Positions 37,774 through 48,432 of a DNA stretch of 64,000 nt are shown here, in pieces. Position 1 is the stretch's first letter; the number at the start of each line of letters is the position of its first letter. The notes beneath the pieces were generated by a model that ran no database searches, had not been told where the DNA came from, and worked only from the letters and a program-made list of their open reading frames with translations. The stretch comes from Candidatus Eiseniibacteriota bacterium (GTDB lineage: Bacteria > Eisenbacteria > RBG-16-71-46 > CAIMUX01 > VGJL01), in the NCBI GenBank assembly GCA_963792585.1, contig CAWBWI010000003.1, forward strand, positions 928,001 to 992,000, read 5' to 3'. Both the position numbers and the translations under genes were made by a program.

Positions 37774-38784
37774 ATGGCTGAAAAACCGAAGCTTGCGATC
37801 TACTGGGCTTCCTCCTGCGGGGGGTGCGAGATCGCGGTGGCGAATCTCCACGAGAGGCTCCTCGACGTGGTGAGCTTCTTCGACTTCGTCTTCTGCCCCT
37901 GTCTCCTGGACACGAAGCGGCAGGACGTCGAAGCAATGCCGGACGGGAGTATCGCCGTCACGCTCTTCAATGGGGCCATCCGTACGGAAGACAACGCCGA
38001 GATGGCTCACCTGATGCGTCGCAAGTCGCAGCTCCTGATCGCGTATGGAGCCTGTGCCCATGGCGGCGGAATCCCCGCGCTGTCGAACCTGCACTCTCGT
38101 TCCGACCACATGGAAACGATCTATCTCAAAGGGCCCACGCTCGACAATCCGGATGGAGTTCTCCCGCGAGAGAGAGTCCAGGTGCCGGAAGGGGATCTCA
38201 CCCTTCCCCGCTTCTTCGATGAGGTGATGTCCCTGTCCCAGGTCGTGCCGGTCGACTACTACATCCCGGGTTGCCCGCCCGCCACCGAGCAGGTCTGGAA
38301 CGTCCTGCAAGTGGTGATGCAGGGCCAGGCGCTTCCGCCGGCGGGAGCGGCGCTGGGAGCGGGAACCTCGAGCGTGTGCGACGAATGCTCAAGGAAGCGC
38401 ACCGAGAAAAAGGTGTCCCACTTCAATCGGATCTGGGAGATCGTCCCCGACGCGGATCAGTGCCTGCTCGAGCAGGGGATTGCATGCATGGGCGTGGCCA
38501 CGCGCAGCGGGTGCGGCGGGCAGTGCCCGGAGGTCAACATGCCCTGCATCGGTTGTTACGGCGCCCCCGAGGGTGTCTACAGCCAGGCGGGGAAGATGAT
38601 CTCCACGCTGGGTTCGATCCTCGATATCGATCCGATTCGAGACCTGCGAGGTACCGAGGAGTTGAATGCGAGCGTGGACGAGGCCGAGAGAGGGATTCCG
38701 GATATTGCCGGCTTGACCGGCAAGTTCAACCTCGCGACCGCTGTCCGGCAACATTCCACGGATAGGAGAGCGGAGGAGAAATGA
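37774..38784 (+). CDS. mvhG: [NiFe] hydrogenase small subunit, group 3c MvhG-like
   Basis: SSCGGC, GACAHGGGIP, IPGCPP, C-terminal Cys cluster CLLEQG..CMG..RSGCGGQCP..CIGC. Confidence 0.85.
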   Translation: MAEKPKLAIYWASSCGGCEIAVANLHERLLDVVSFFDFVFCPCLLDTKRQDVEAMPDGSIAVTLFNGAIRTEDNAEMAHLMRRKSQLLIAYGACAHGGGIPALSNLHSRSDHMETIYLKGPTLDNPDGVLPRERVQVPEGDLTLPRFFDEVMSLSQVVPVDYYIPGCPPATEQVWNVLQVVMQGQALPPAGAALGAGTSSVCDECSRKRTEKKVSHFNRIWEIVPDADQCLLEQGIACMGVATRSGCGGQCPEVNMPCIGCYGAPEGVYSQAGKMISTLGSILDIDPIRDLRGTEELNASVDEAERGIPDIAGLTGKFNLATAVRQHSTDRRAEEK

Positions 38785-40346
38785 GCATCGCGAAGGACTT
38801 GAAAGAATCGGCGCCCCTGCCGCAGGTCCAGTCGGAGCCGGATCGGAAGACCGCCCGCAAGCGAGTGACGATCGACCCGATCACGCGTCTGGAAGGCCAT
38901 GGGCGCATCGAGATCTTCCTGAACGATGAAGGCAAGGTCGAGAACGTCTACTTCCAGGTGCCGGAGTTGCGCGGCTTCGAGCAGTTTCTCGTGGGACGGC
39001 CGGTGGAGGACATGCCCGTCATCACGAACCGCATCTGTGGCGTCTGTCCCGAGGCGCACCACCTGGCTGCCACGAAGGCACTGGACGACCTGTTCATGGT
39101 CGAGCCGCCTCCCGCCGCCCGGAAGATCCGGGAGCTGTTCTACAGCGCCTTCTATGTGACGGACCACACGACGCACTTCTACGTCCTTGGCGGCCCCGAC
39201 TTCATCGTGGGACCGGAAGCCCCTCCCTCCGAACGGAACATCGTGGGCGTCATCAACAAGGTGGGAATGGAGGCGGCGAAGCAGGTCATCGCATGCCGCT
39301 CGAGGAACCACGCGATCATCCGCAAACTTGGGGGCCGGGAGATCCACCCCACCGCCGGACTTCCCGGGGGGTGGAGCAAGCCGGTATCGGAGGAACTGCG
39401 TCGAGAGATCGAGGCGGCGGCGATCGAGAATCTGGACTTCGCGCAATTCACCCTGCAGGCCTTCGACGATCTCGTGCTGAAGAACTCCGCCTATCTGGAG
39501 ATGATCTTATCCGACGTCTACCTGCACAGGACCTACTCCATGGGGACGGTGGATGCGGACAACAGGGCGAACTTCTACGACGGCCTCATTCGTGTCGTCG
39601 ATCCGGACGGTCAGGAGATCCTCAAGTACCCGTGCCGCGAGTATCCTGATCACATCGCCGAGCGCGTGGAGCCTTGGACTTACCTCAAGTTCCCCTACCT
39701 GAAGAAAGTGGGATGGCGGGGCTTCGTGGACGGCAAGGAGAGCGGGGTCTACTGCGCGACTCCGCTGTCGCGGCTCAATGTTTCCGATAGTCTCGCCACC
39801 CCGAGAGCCAACGAGCACTTCGAGAAGTTCTACACGACCTTCGGCGCGAAGAGGGTCGACGGACGGTATCAGCCCGTTCACCATCGCCTGGCGACTCACT
39901 GGGCGCGCCTCATCGAGCTGCTGTATGCCGCGGAGAGAATGGTGGAGTTGTCCCGCGACCCCGAGATCACTTCCCCGGATGTCCGGCGCATTCCGAGCGG
40001 GAAGATCAATCCTCTCGGAGGTATCGGATCCGTCGAGGCGCCGCGCGGAACCCTCACGCACCACTATGAAGCCGATGAACGGGGCCTCGTTACCCGGGCC
40101 AATCTCGTCGTCGGAACGACGAACAACTACGCCCCCATCACGATGTCGTTGAAGAAGGCGGCGGAGTCGCTCATCACCGGAAAAACGCCCATCGGAGAGG
40201 GCCTTCTCAACAAGATCGAGATGGCGTTCCGGCTCTACGATCCCTGCTTCTCATGCGCGACGCACTCCTTGCCCGGCGAGATGTCTCTGAAGGTCAAGAT
40301 CAGGGACGCGCGGGGCGCGATCGTACAGACTCTGCAGAGGGACTGA
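38781..40346 (+). CDS. mvhA: [NiFe] hydrogenase large subunit, MvhA-like
   Basis: RLEGHG, L1 RICGVC, EAPRG, L2 DPCFSCATH plus a cleavable C-terminal extension. Confidence 0.9.
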   Translation: MSIAKDLKESAPLPQVQSEPDRKTARKRVTIDPITRLEGHGRIEIFLNDEGKVENVYFQVPELRGFEQFLVGRPVEDMPVITNRICGVCPEAHHLAATKALDDLFMVEPPPAARKIRELFYSAFYVTDHTTHFYVLGGPDFIVGPEAPPSERNIVGVINKVGMEAAKQVIACRSRNHAIIRKLGGREIHPTAGLPGGWSKPVSEELRREIEAAAIENLDFAQFTLQAFDDLVLKNSAYLEMILSDVYLHRTYSMGTVDADNRANFYDGLIRVVDPDGQEILKYPCREYPDHIAERVEPWTYLKFPYLKKVGWRGFVDGKESGVYCATPLSRLNVSDSLATPRANEHFEKFYTTFGAKRVDGRYQPVHHRLATHWARLIELLYAAERMVELSRDPEITSPDVRRIPSGKINPLGGIGSVEAPRGTLTHHYEADERGLVTRANLVVGTTNNYAPITMSLKKAAESLITGKTPIGEGLLNKIEMAFRLYDPCFSCATHSLPGEMSLKVKIRDARGAIVQTLQRD

Positions 40347-40350
40347 TCCG

Positions 40351-40827
40351 GTGCGCACGATCGTGATCGGGCTGGGGAATCCGGTGCGGGCCGACGACGG
40401 CGTGGGACTCGCGGTGGCCCGGCTCCTCCGGGAGCGCCTGGAAGGTGTCGATGACATCGATGTGACGGAGCTCTGGGCCGGCGGACTGCGCCTGGCCGAG
40501 GCGATGTCCGGCTACGATCGGGCGATCGTGATCGACGCGCTCTGTACGGGAGACAAGAGGCCCGGTTCGGTCTGCCGGTTGGATCTCTCGGATCTGGGAA
40601 GCGCGCGCACGACGACATGCGTTCACGACACCTCCCTCCCCACGGCCATCGAGGTCTGGCGCCGGCTGGGTGCCCCCCTGCCGGAAGAGATCTCCGTCTG
40701 GGGAATCGAGGTCGAGAGCGTGGACGTGGTCAGCGAGCAGTTCACGGAACCCGTGGCCCAGGCGGTTCCACGGGCGGCCGAAGCCATTTTGGATCAACTG
40801 AATCAGCACGGAGGGCGGGTCGCATGA
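40351..40827 (+). CDS. Hydrogenase maturation protease
   Basis: GLGNPVRADDGVG, VIDA, conserved His. Confidence 0.9.
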   Translation: MRTIVIGLGNPVRADDGVGLAVARLLRERLEGVDDIDVTELWAGGLRLAEAMSGYDRAIVIDALCTGDKRPGSVCRLDLSDLGSARTTTCVHDTSLPTAIEVWRRLGAPLPEEISVWGIEVESVDVVSEQFTEPVAQAVPRAAEAILDQLNQHGGRVA

Positions 40828-42773
40828 AGGTCGGCGTCTACTTTTGCCGATGTGGCGGGATCGTCTCGGACAAGATCGACTTCGACGAGTTGGCGCGACG
40901 GGTCCATGACAGCGATTGCGTCGCCTACGTGAAATCCGTGGATCTCGGATGCGACGAAAGCGGCAAGGCGTTCCTTGTCCAGGATCTTCGCGAAAACCAG
41001 CCGGATCGAGTCGTCATCGTCGCCTGCACCCCCAGGGAGCACGAAGGGACGTTCCGCGGCATTCTCGCCGAGGCGGGAATCAATCCATTCCTCATGCAGA
41101 TGGTCAACGCCCGCGAGCAGGTCGCGTGGGTGACGGATGACGCTCACGAGGCGACCGAGAAGACGATTCGTTACGTGCGCGCCGCCGCGGCACGGGTCGT
41201 GCATCAGGAGCCCCTGGAGACTCCGGAGGTGGACGTCTGCACCGACACGCTCGTGATCGGGGGCGGGCCCGCCGGATTGAAGGCGGCGCTGACTCTGGCT
41301 GAGGCGGGCCGCCGGGTGATCCTCGTCGAGAAGGGTCCCATCCTGGGCGGGATGCCCGTCCGATACGATGAGATCTTTCCCCGGATGGAGTGCGGGCCCT
41401 GCGTCCTCGAGCCGTTCATGGCGGAGGTTCTGCATGGACCCCACGCGAGCAACATCGAGATCCTGCTTCAGTCCGAGGTCGTCGAGGCCGCCGGATCCTT
41501 CGGAGACTTTCGCGTGAAGATCCGCAAGAATCCGCGCTACGTGGATCTGCGAACCTGCATCGGTTGCGCCGAGTGCATCGGGGCCTGCCCCTCCTCGGCG
41601 AAGAATCCCGTCAACTGCGGAATGGACGAGCGCAAGGCGATCGACTTCGTCTTCTTCGGCGGCCTGCCGAACGCGCCCTATCTCGACCCTGTCGCCTGCC
41701 GGCGCTCGGGCGGGGAGGAGTGCACGAGTTGTCGGGAGGCGTGTCCGGTGGAGGGGGCGATTCGCTACGACGATCGCGAGGAGATCCTGGAAAGGCAAGT
41801 GGGAGCGGTCCTTCTTGCGACGGGAGGCGGTCTCTACGACACCGCGAACATGCCCGAGCTCGGGCACGGATCTCTTCCCTCCGTCGTGACGAGCCTGGAG
41901 TTCGAGAGAATCCTGGCGACCAACGGGCCGACCGGCGGCGCTATCCAGCGAGCGGACGGCGGCGCCCCCAGCCGGTTCGCGGTCGTGCACTGCGCGGGCA
42001 GCCTGGACGCGAGCCACCGGCAGTATTGCTCCGGGGTCTGCTGCCTCGACGCCTTCAAGTTCAATGTCCTCATCTCTCACAACCTGCCGGATGCTCGGGT
42101 CACGCACTACTACAAAACCTTCGCCGTCGCCGGCAAGGAGGAGTACGAGCTGTTCGGCAGAGTCAAGGCGGGCAAACAAACCGAGTTCGTTGCCTACCAG
42201 GATCTCCGCGATCTTTCCATCCAAGCGGGCAAGGACGGGTGCGCGACGATACAGACGGGAGGCGAGAGCAAGACCTTCGACCAGGTCATCCTGATGACCG
42301 CGCTCGTGCCCGGTTCCGACACCAAACCCCTGGCGCGCGTGTTCGACGTCGGCCTGGATCGACAGGGCTACTTCGAGGAGTTGCACGGCCGGGTCGATGC
42401 GACCAGAAGCAAAGTGCGGGGAATCTACCTGGCCGGCACCTGCCAAGGCCCGATGGATCTGGGAAGGGCCATGACGCAGGGGGCCTCCGCCGCCGGCGCG
42501 ATCCTCGCCGCCCTCGTTCCAGGGAGGAAGCTCACCCTCGAGGCCATCCACGCCGAGGTGGACCAGGACCGCTGCTCCGCCTGCAAGTGCTGTCTGTCCA
42601 TCTGTCCGTACAAGGCCATTTCGTTCGATGCCGAGAAGGACGCGACGGAGGTGGATCCGATCCTCTGCGTGGGATGCGGCACATGTGTGGCCGCGTGTCC
42701 TTCCGGGGCGATTCAGGGCAAGCATTTCACGAACGACCAGATCTTCGCCGAGATCGAGGGAGCACTCGCATGA
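40824..42773 (+). CDS. hdrA: Heterodisulfide reductase subunit A-like flavoprotein (649 aa)
   Basis: GVYFCRCG, VACTP, NAREQ, VIGGGPAG (FAD), ferredoxin insert, YCSGVCC, AGTCQGP, two C-terminal CxxCxxCxxxCP. Confidence 0.9.
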   Translation: MKVGVYFCRCGGIVSDKIDFDELARRVHDSDCVAYVKSVDLGCDESGKAFLVQDLRENQPDRVVIVACTPREHEGTFRGILAEAGINPFLMQMVNAREQVAWVTDDAHEATEKTIRYVRAAAARVVHQEPLETPEVDVCTDTLVIGGGPAGLKAALTLAEAGRRVILVEKGPILGGMPVRYDEIFPRMECGPCVLEPFMAEVLHGPHASNIEILLQSEVVEAAGSFGDFRVKIRKNPRYVDLRTCIGCAECIGACPSSAKNPVNCGMDERKAIDFVFFGGLPNAPYLDPVACRRSGGEECTSCREACPVEGAIRYDDREEILERQVGAVLLATGGGLYDTANMPELGHGSLPSVVTSLEFERILATNGPTGGAIQRADGGAPSRFAVVHCAGSLDASHRQYCSGVCCLDAFKFNVLISHNLPDARVTHYYKTFAVAGKEEYELFGRVKAGKQTEFVAYQDLRDLSIQAGKDGCATIQTGGESKTFDQVILMTALVPGSDTKPLARVFDVGLDRQGYFEELHGRVDATRSKVRGIYLAGTCQGPMDLGRAMTQGASAAGAILAALVPGRKLTLEAIHAEVDQDRCSACKCCLSICPYKAISFDAEKDATEVDPILCVGCGTCVAACPSGAIQGKHFTNDQIFAEIEGALA

Positions 42774-43228
42774 ACCCGCAGGCCGGACGCATGGAACGGG
42801 AGGAGACTCCCTTCATCGGATTCGAACCGAGAATCGTGGGATTCCTCTGCAACTGGTGCTCCTACGCCGGAGCGGACAAGGCGGGGGCCGCGCAGACCCC
42901 GTATCCGCCGAACGTCCACGTCGTCCGGATGATGTGCACCGGCCGCATGGACCCGCAGTTCGTTCTGAAGGCATTCGATGAAGGCGCGGATGGCGTGCTG
43001 ATCCTCGGGTGCCATCCGGGTGACTGTCACTACAAGGAACAGAACTTTCGAATGATCCAGCGTCACCGCTTGATCTTGTCGCTCCTGGGGCAGCTCGGGA
43101 TCGAGGAAGAGCGGTGCCGGCTCGATTTCGTCTCCGCGGCGGAAGGGGAGAAGTTCGCCCAGGTCGTCACGGAGATGGTAGAGACCACGCGGAGGCTTGG
43201 TCCTCTGCGGGGTCGATTGGCCGCATAG
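42770..43228 (+). CDS. mvhD: MvhD/FlpD [2Fe-2S] subunit
   Basis: FLCNWCSY, CTGR, GCHPGDCHY, VSAAEG. Confidence 0.92.
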   Translation: MNPQAGRMEREETPFIGFEPRIVGFLCNWCSYAGADKAGAAQTPYPPNVHVVRMMCTGRMDPQFVLKAFDEGADGVLILGCHPGDCHYKEQNFRMIQRHRLILSLLGQLGIEEERCRLDFVSAAEGEKFAQVVTEMVETTRRLGPLRGRLAA

Positions 43229-43254
43229 CAATGGAAAGGCGGAGGTGAACTCAG

Positions 43255-43485
43255 ATGGCAACTGTCGAGATCGACGCCAGGGGCCTCAAGTGCCCGATCC
43301 CCGTGCTCAAGATGACGAACCTGGTCATGGCGAAGAAGATCAACGCCGGTGACACCATGGTCGTGACAGCGGACTGCCCGACGTTCGAGAAGGATGTCCG
43401 GCAGTGGTGCCAGACCATGAAGAAGACTCTGATCGTCCTTCGCGACGAAGGAAACAACGTCAAGCACGCGGAGGTTCGGATCTGA
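43255..43485 (+). CDS. TusA-family sulfur carrier
   Basis: IDARGLKCPIPV; GGAGGT SD. Confidence 0.9.
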   Translation: MATVEIDARGLKCPIPVLKMTNLVMAKKINAGDTMVVTADCPTFEKDVRQWCQTMKKTLIVLRDEGNNVKHAEVRI

Positions 43486-43697
43486 CGCAGTAATTCCGAT
43501 AATTGTACCGCACCGACCCAACCCCCATCGGGAAGCCTGCGGAACCCTGACTGGGCGGCAGTACATGAGCGTCCCGTAGTGCTCGATCGAAGCGCGAGGA
43601 CCGCGGTTCTCGAGCCGCTCCTCACGGAAATACGCTGTTGCCGTTCAAGGTGATCATGAACAGACGCCGCCGGCGCGAATACGCAAGGAGATGGTCC

Positions 43698-45806
43698 ATG
43701 CGAGGTTTGAAGGATTTGGGGGTCCGTCAGAAGCTGATCCCGCTGATCGGGATCTTTTGCATCGGGTTCGTGTCGTATTCGATGTTCTCCTACCGGACGC
43801 AAAACCTGGTCAAGGTCAATGGACCCACCTACGAGCGGATCGTCCAGGGCAAGGACTTGCTTGCGGACATCCTGCCTCCGCCAGGGTACCTGGTGGAGTC
43901 GTACATGGTTGTCCTGCAACTGACGCAGGAGACGGATGCGCGCGCCCGGGGAGAAATGGTCGACCATCTCACTCGACTCGAAGCAGAATACAACGCGCGA
44001 CACGACTACTGGAACGGCGAGTTGGATCGGGGAACGCTGAAGGAGACGCTGACCTCCACCGCGCACGCCCCCGCGATGGCATTCTGGAGGACCGTGCACT
44101 CCGACTTCCTCCCGGCGATCCTGAGAGGCGACCGGGCGAAGGCCGAGGAGGTGGTCCAGGGTCCTCTCAAGGCCCAGTACGAGGAGCACCGTCGCGCGGT
44201 CGACGAGGTGGTTCGCATGGCGGCCGCGCGCAATCTGGAAGACGAGAAGCGCGCCGCGATGACCATTCGGCAAGGTTCGATCACCTTGCTCCTGCTCGGG
44301 ATCGTCTTCGTGGGGCTGATCCTCGGCATGAGCTGGGTGATCACGGAGGGGATCGCCAAACCGCTCCGGCAAGCGCGGGAAGTGCTGCGGGCCGTCGCGG
44401 TCGGCGATCTCGAGCAGAATCTGGCCTATGACGGTCGGGATGAGATCGGAGATCTGGCCCAGTCGATTCGCAGCCTCGGGACCAGTTCGCGGGAGCAGGC
44501 GGAGCTGGCTCGGAGGTTGGCGGAGGGCGACCTCTCGGTTCAGGTCTCGGCCCGCTCGGAGCGGGACATTCAGGTGCAGAGCTTCCAGCGAATGGTCGTG
44601 ACCCTGAGAGAGTTGACTTCCGAGATTGGAACACTCAATCGGGCTGCCGTGGAAGGACGGCTCTCGGTGCGCGGAGATGCTGGCAAGTTCGATGGTGGGT
44701 ATCGCGAAATCGTCCAGGGTATCAACGACACGCTCGACGCGACCGTACGACCAACGCAGGAGGCGGCGGGAGTCCTGTCCCAGCTGGCTGCACGAGACCT
44801 TTCCGCGCGAATGCACGGCGACTATCAGGGCGAGCACGCCATGCTGAAGGAATCACTCAACCAGGCGGTGCAGAACCTGGACGACGCTTTCTACCAGGTC
44901 GCTGGGACCATCGACCAGGTGGCCGCGGCCGCGGCCGAGGTCGGATCCGGCAGCCACTCCGTGGCCGCAGGCGCGAGCGAGCAGGCCAGCACCCTGGAGG
45001 AGATCGCCAGCAGTCTTCAGATGATGTCCGCCATCACCCAGCAGGGCGGGGTCAACGCAAAGGAGGCGCATCAGCTAGCGGGGTGCACACAAGGGAGCGC
45101 CAAGGACGGATTGGAGACGATGCATCGGATGAGTGGAGCGATGGAGAAGATCAAGAACTCCTCCGATTCCACCGCGAAAATCATCCGAACCATTGATGAG
45201 ATCGCCTTCCAGACCAATTTGCTTGCCCTGAACGCGGCGGTGGAGGCCGCTCGGGCTGGGGACGCCGGCAAGGGATTCGCGGTCGTTGCGGAGGAGGTTC
45301 GGAACCTGGCCATGCGAAGCGCTCGAGCGGCCAAGGACACGGCGGACTTGATCGAGGAGTCGGTAGGCAACACCGAGGGGGGCGTGAGCCTGAACAAGGA
45401 GGTGTTGTCGGGTTTGGAGGAAATCACCGGCCAAACGACACGCGTGGGCGAGGTCATGCAGGAAATGGTGGTCTCCTCGGAAGAGCAGCAGACCGCGATC
45501 GAGCAGATCACTCAGGCGGTGGCCCAACTGAGTCAAGTGACCCAGCAGAACGCCGCGAGTTCGGAAGAGTCGGCCTCTGCCGCGCAAGAACTCTCGAGCC
45601 AGACTCAGGAGCTGCGCTCGGCCATCGGCCAGTTCTCCCTGACTTCCCATGCTCCCGGCCGATCGGGGACGACCCAGGCATCCTCGGGCTCGGCTCCGCG
45701 CCCTCAGAAGGCGCGGATCGTGCCCTTCAAGGGCCGGGAGCGCCAAGCCCCGGCGGCAGGGGACACCCTCGACGACGAAGACCGGAGGGCTCTGGGCAGC
45801 TTCTGA
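43698..45806 (+). CDS. Methyl-accepting chemotaxis protein
   Basis: Two TMs, periplasmic sensor, multiple HAMP segments, [32 protein letters not shown]. Confidence 0.95.
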   Translation: MRGLKDLGVRQKLIPLIGIFCIGFVSYSMFSYRTQNLVKVNGPTYERIVQGKDLLADILPPPGYLVESYMVVLQLTQETDARARGEMVDHLTRLEAEYNARHDYWNGELDRGTLKETLTSTAHAPAMAFWRTVHSDFLPAILRGDRAKAEEVVQGPLKAQYEEHRRAVDEVVRMAAARNLEDEKRAAMTIRQGSITLLLLGIVFVGLILGMSWVITEGIAKPLRQAREVLRAVAVGDLEQNLAYDGRDEIGDLAQSIRSLGTSSREQAELARRLAEGDLSVQVSARSERDIQVQSFQRMVVTLRELTSEIGTLNRAAVEGRLSVRGDAGKFDGGYREIVQGINDTLDATVRPTQEAAGVLSQLAARDLSARMHGDYQGEHAMLKESLNQAVQNLDDAFYQVAGTIDQVAAAAAEVGSGSHSVAAGASEQASTLEEIASSLQMMSAITQQGGVNAKEAHQLAGCTQGSAKDGLETMHRMSGAMEKIKNSSDSTAKIIRTIDEIAFQTNLLALNAAVEAARAGDAGKGFAVVAEEVRNLAMRSARAAKDTADLIEESVGNTEGGVSLNKEVLSGLEEITGQTTRVGEVMQEMVVSSEEQQTAIEQITQAVAQLSQVTQQNAASSEESASAAQELSSQTQELRSAIGQFSLTSHAPGRSGTTQASSGSAPRPQKARIVPFKGRERQAPAAGDTLDDEDRRALGSF

Positions 45807-45932
45807 CGGGGTCTTACCGGTGATGGCGCGAGGCCACCGCCCCACCCGTGTCATACGGAATCCAAGGAGCTTCTGGGCCGCACCGGATTAGGGCCGCCAC
45901 GCCTCGTGTGGCGGACGGCGACCAGCGACGAC

Positions 45933-45965
45933 AACGCCCCCACCCGGGACCGGGTTGGGGGCGTT
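45933..45965. terminator. Hairpin between convergent genes (possible bidirectional terminator)
   Basis: AACGCCCCC-ACCCGG...CCGGGT-TGGGGGCGTT inverted repeat. Confidence 0.5.
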
Positions 45966-45991
45966 CGCCTGAACCACCAAACTCGCCACTG

Positions 45992-48223
45992 TCAATCGAT
46001 GCGCACGAGACGAACCGATTCCGCTTGGCCACCGCAGCGCAACCGCGCGAAGTAAATCCCACTGGGGACCCGGACGCCGCCCTCGTTGCGGCCGTCCCAG
46101 GAGAGGTCGGAAACGCCCGCCGGCATCGTCCCGTCGTGCAGCACCCGCGCTTCCCGGCCCTGGACATCATGGACCGAGAGGCGCACCGACATGGTCGTAG
46201 GCAGGTCGAGCCGCAGCACGGAGGGACCCGTCGACGGGTTGGTCATCGCGCTCAAGATCCTCGTCTCGGCCGCCACTCCGTCCTCCGCTCCGGCCGTGAA
46301 CCTATGCCGGGGCATGAGGATCAGTCCCTGGGCGCGATCGCTCAGTACGATGCAGTTGGACGCCAGCGCCACGCGAGTCGCACCCGCTGCATGCTGACCC
46401 TCGCGGAAGCCGATGTACGAGCCGCCGATCACATAAGGATGCGACGGGTCCGAGACATTGATGATGTAGATCCCTCCGCCGGCATCGCAACTGACATAGG
46501 CGATATCACCTTCGATCTGCACACCGCCCGCGCTGTTCGGTCTCTGTGCAAACGGCATCGTCTCCAAGGTTACCGGGTTCTCCGGGTTGGTGATGTCGAC
46601 GAACCACAGCTCCCCGCCCCACAAAGTCAGCAGCGCGAGGTTTCCGGACACCGCCATCGCCTCGGCGTACGGGACATCCTGGCCGTCCAAGGAAGCGATC
46701 TGGATCGGGGAGCTGGGATCGCTCACGTCGGCAACCACGAAAGTGGCGTCCACGGCCACGTAGAGATAGGAACCCTGCGCGGCGATTTCGCGGACTTCCC
46801 CCGTGGTCGGCAGCATACCGAGCGTGGTCGGGCTGCACGGGTCGGTCACATCGACCAGGTAGACGTTTCCCGATCGTGGCGCGACAAAGAGAGTGTTCCC
46901 CTCCAGGGCGATGTGGTCGGTAACGGCGTACTGAGGATCTTGCGCGCACCAATGGACGAAGTTCGGATTGAGCAGCCGACCGTAGTGGAGTCGTTGAAAA
47001 CCGCAAGCGAACATCGCGCTCGGTGTGACTTCGAGATCCGCGAATGCGTCCGCCAGGGGAATCCACCCGGTCGTGATCGGATTGCGCGGATCCGATGCGT
47101 CGACGACGCGAATCGAACCGCTCGGGTCGGTGAGGTAGATGCGGTTTCCGAGGACGTCCATGCCACTGAATCCGTCACCCTGGAGCAGGACCTCTCCGAG
47201 CGCATGGTCTTCGAGATTGACCCCACGATAGACCTCCAATAGCCCACCGCCCGAGTAGTAGGCGCGAATGAAGCACGCGCCGCCACCCTCGATCATGGCC
47301 AGATCCTCACCGCCGATGAGCTGCGTGCGCAGCACGGTCACGTCCCCAGGGTCCGAAACGTCGAGGATCGTCATCTGGCCATACTCGCCGACGGTGTACG
47401 CCACGTTCCCCTGGAGGACGATCCGGACGGGAGAGTCGATTTCTGAGATCCCACCCGCCCGGACCGGATGGCTTGGGTCCGTTACGTCGAAGTTGAACAT
47501 GCCCGACGTTGGCTCGGTGCTACAGGTGCGATAGCCGACATAGACCCGTCCGGCGGCCATCGCGACCCCGTGCACTTCACATTCGACATAGGTGCTCGAG
47601 AGTTGATGGGGAACGGAAGGATCCGCGAAGTCCACGAGGATCATGTCGCTGAACGAGGTGAGGCAGACGAGATCATCGTCGACCGCCATATTGTCAATGG
47701 CATACGCCGGCGCGAACGTGGCGAGAAGGGCGGGAGCGGTCGGCACGGAGACGTCGACCACGCGCAGCCGATCCAACGACTCCCGGATGTATGCCCGATT
47801 GCCACTGAGGGCGATCTGAACCGCCTCCGTTGGGTCCCCGAGTGTTCCTACAATTGCGGGGGAGCCCGGATCGCTCACATCGATGACGAGAAGGCCCGCG
47901 CCCCCGGACACGACATAGGCAAAGCCGTCTCGCACGACCAGGTCGGCGGGCGAGCCCGGCAGATTCAGCGTTCCGACGTGCGTTGGAGCGCCTGGGCCTG
48001 CAACATCCATTGCCTCGAGCCCCTGCGGAAGCAGAATGAAGGCGATTCCTCCGTCTTCATCTACGGCCCGGGGTACTTGATCGAACGACACGCTGCTCGA
48101 CCAATGAAACAGGGTCGAGTAGTCGATGCTCTCCGCGCGTGGTGATTGTGTCAGCGCGCCTCCCGCCACGACGATCGCGGCAACGATGAGCGCGATGCGA
48201 CACTTCTGAAACGGGGCATTCAT
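45992..48223 (-). CDS. Secreted LVIVD-repeat protein with C-terminal FlgD-Ig/T9SS-like domain
   Basis: Signal peptide; many x-A-Y-V...GL-x-I/V-D-V-S-D-P repeats; WDGRN..G..VPSGIYFARL; start could instead be GTG 48232. Confidence 0.88.
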   Translation of the reverse strand: MNAPFQKCRIALIVAAIVVAGGALTQSPRAESIDYSTLFHWSSSVSFDQVPRAVDEDGGIAFILLPQGLEAMDVAGPGAPTHVGTLNLPGSPADLVVRDGFAYVVSGGAGLLVIDVSDPGSPAIVGTLGDPTEAVQIALSGNRAYIRESLDRLRVVDVSVPTAPALLATFAPAYAIDNMAVDDDLVCLTSFSDMILVDFADPSVPHQLSSTYVECEVHGVAMAAGRVYVGYRTCSTEPTSGMFNFDVTDPSHPVRAGGISEIDSPVRIVLQGNVAYTVGEYGQMTILDVSDPGDVTVLRTQLIGGEDLAMIEGGGACFIRAYYSGGGLLEVYRGVNLEDHALGEVLLQGDGFSGMDVLGNRIYLTDPSGSIRVVDASDPRNPITTGWIPLADAFADLEVTPSAMFACGFQRLHYGRLLNPNFVHWCAQDPQYAVTDHIALEGNTLFVAPRSGNVYLVDVTDPCSPTTLGMLPTTGEVREIAAQGSYLYVAVDATFVVADVSDPSSPIQIASLDGQDVPYAEAMAVSGNLALLTLWGGELWFVDITNPENPVTLETMPFAQRPNSAGGVQIEGDIAYVSCDAGGGIYIINVSDPSHPYVIGGSYIGFREGQHAAGATRVALASNCIVLSDRAQGLILMPRHRFTAGAEDGVAAETRILSAMTNPSTGPSVLRLDLPTTMSVRLSVHDVQGREARVLHDGTMPAGVSDLSWDGRNEGGVRVPSGIYFARLRCGGQAESVRLVRID

Positions 48224-48432
48224 TGCGGTCACGGCGTCCTCCTCTCCCGTCCGGGTGGACACGCATCTTAGTCCGAGGGAATTATAGGCTTGCCGGCGCG
48301 GCAAGTACAGACAACGACGAAGCCGTCCGATGCCAGCCAGGATGGGGTTCTCGGTGATGAAGTTCTTGGGGCGACAGCCCCCAACCTCGGGTCACGAGAT
48401 CTCGTGAGGAATCGAAAACGCTGTGTGACTCT

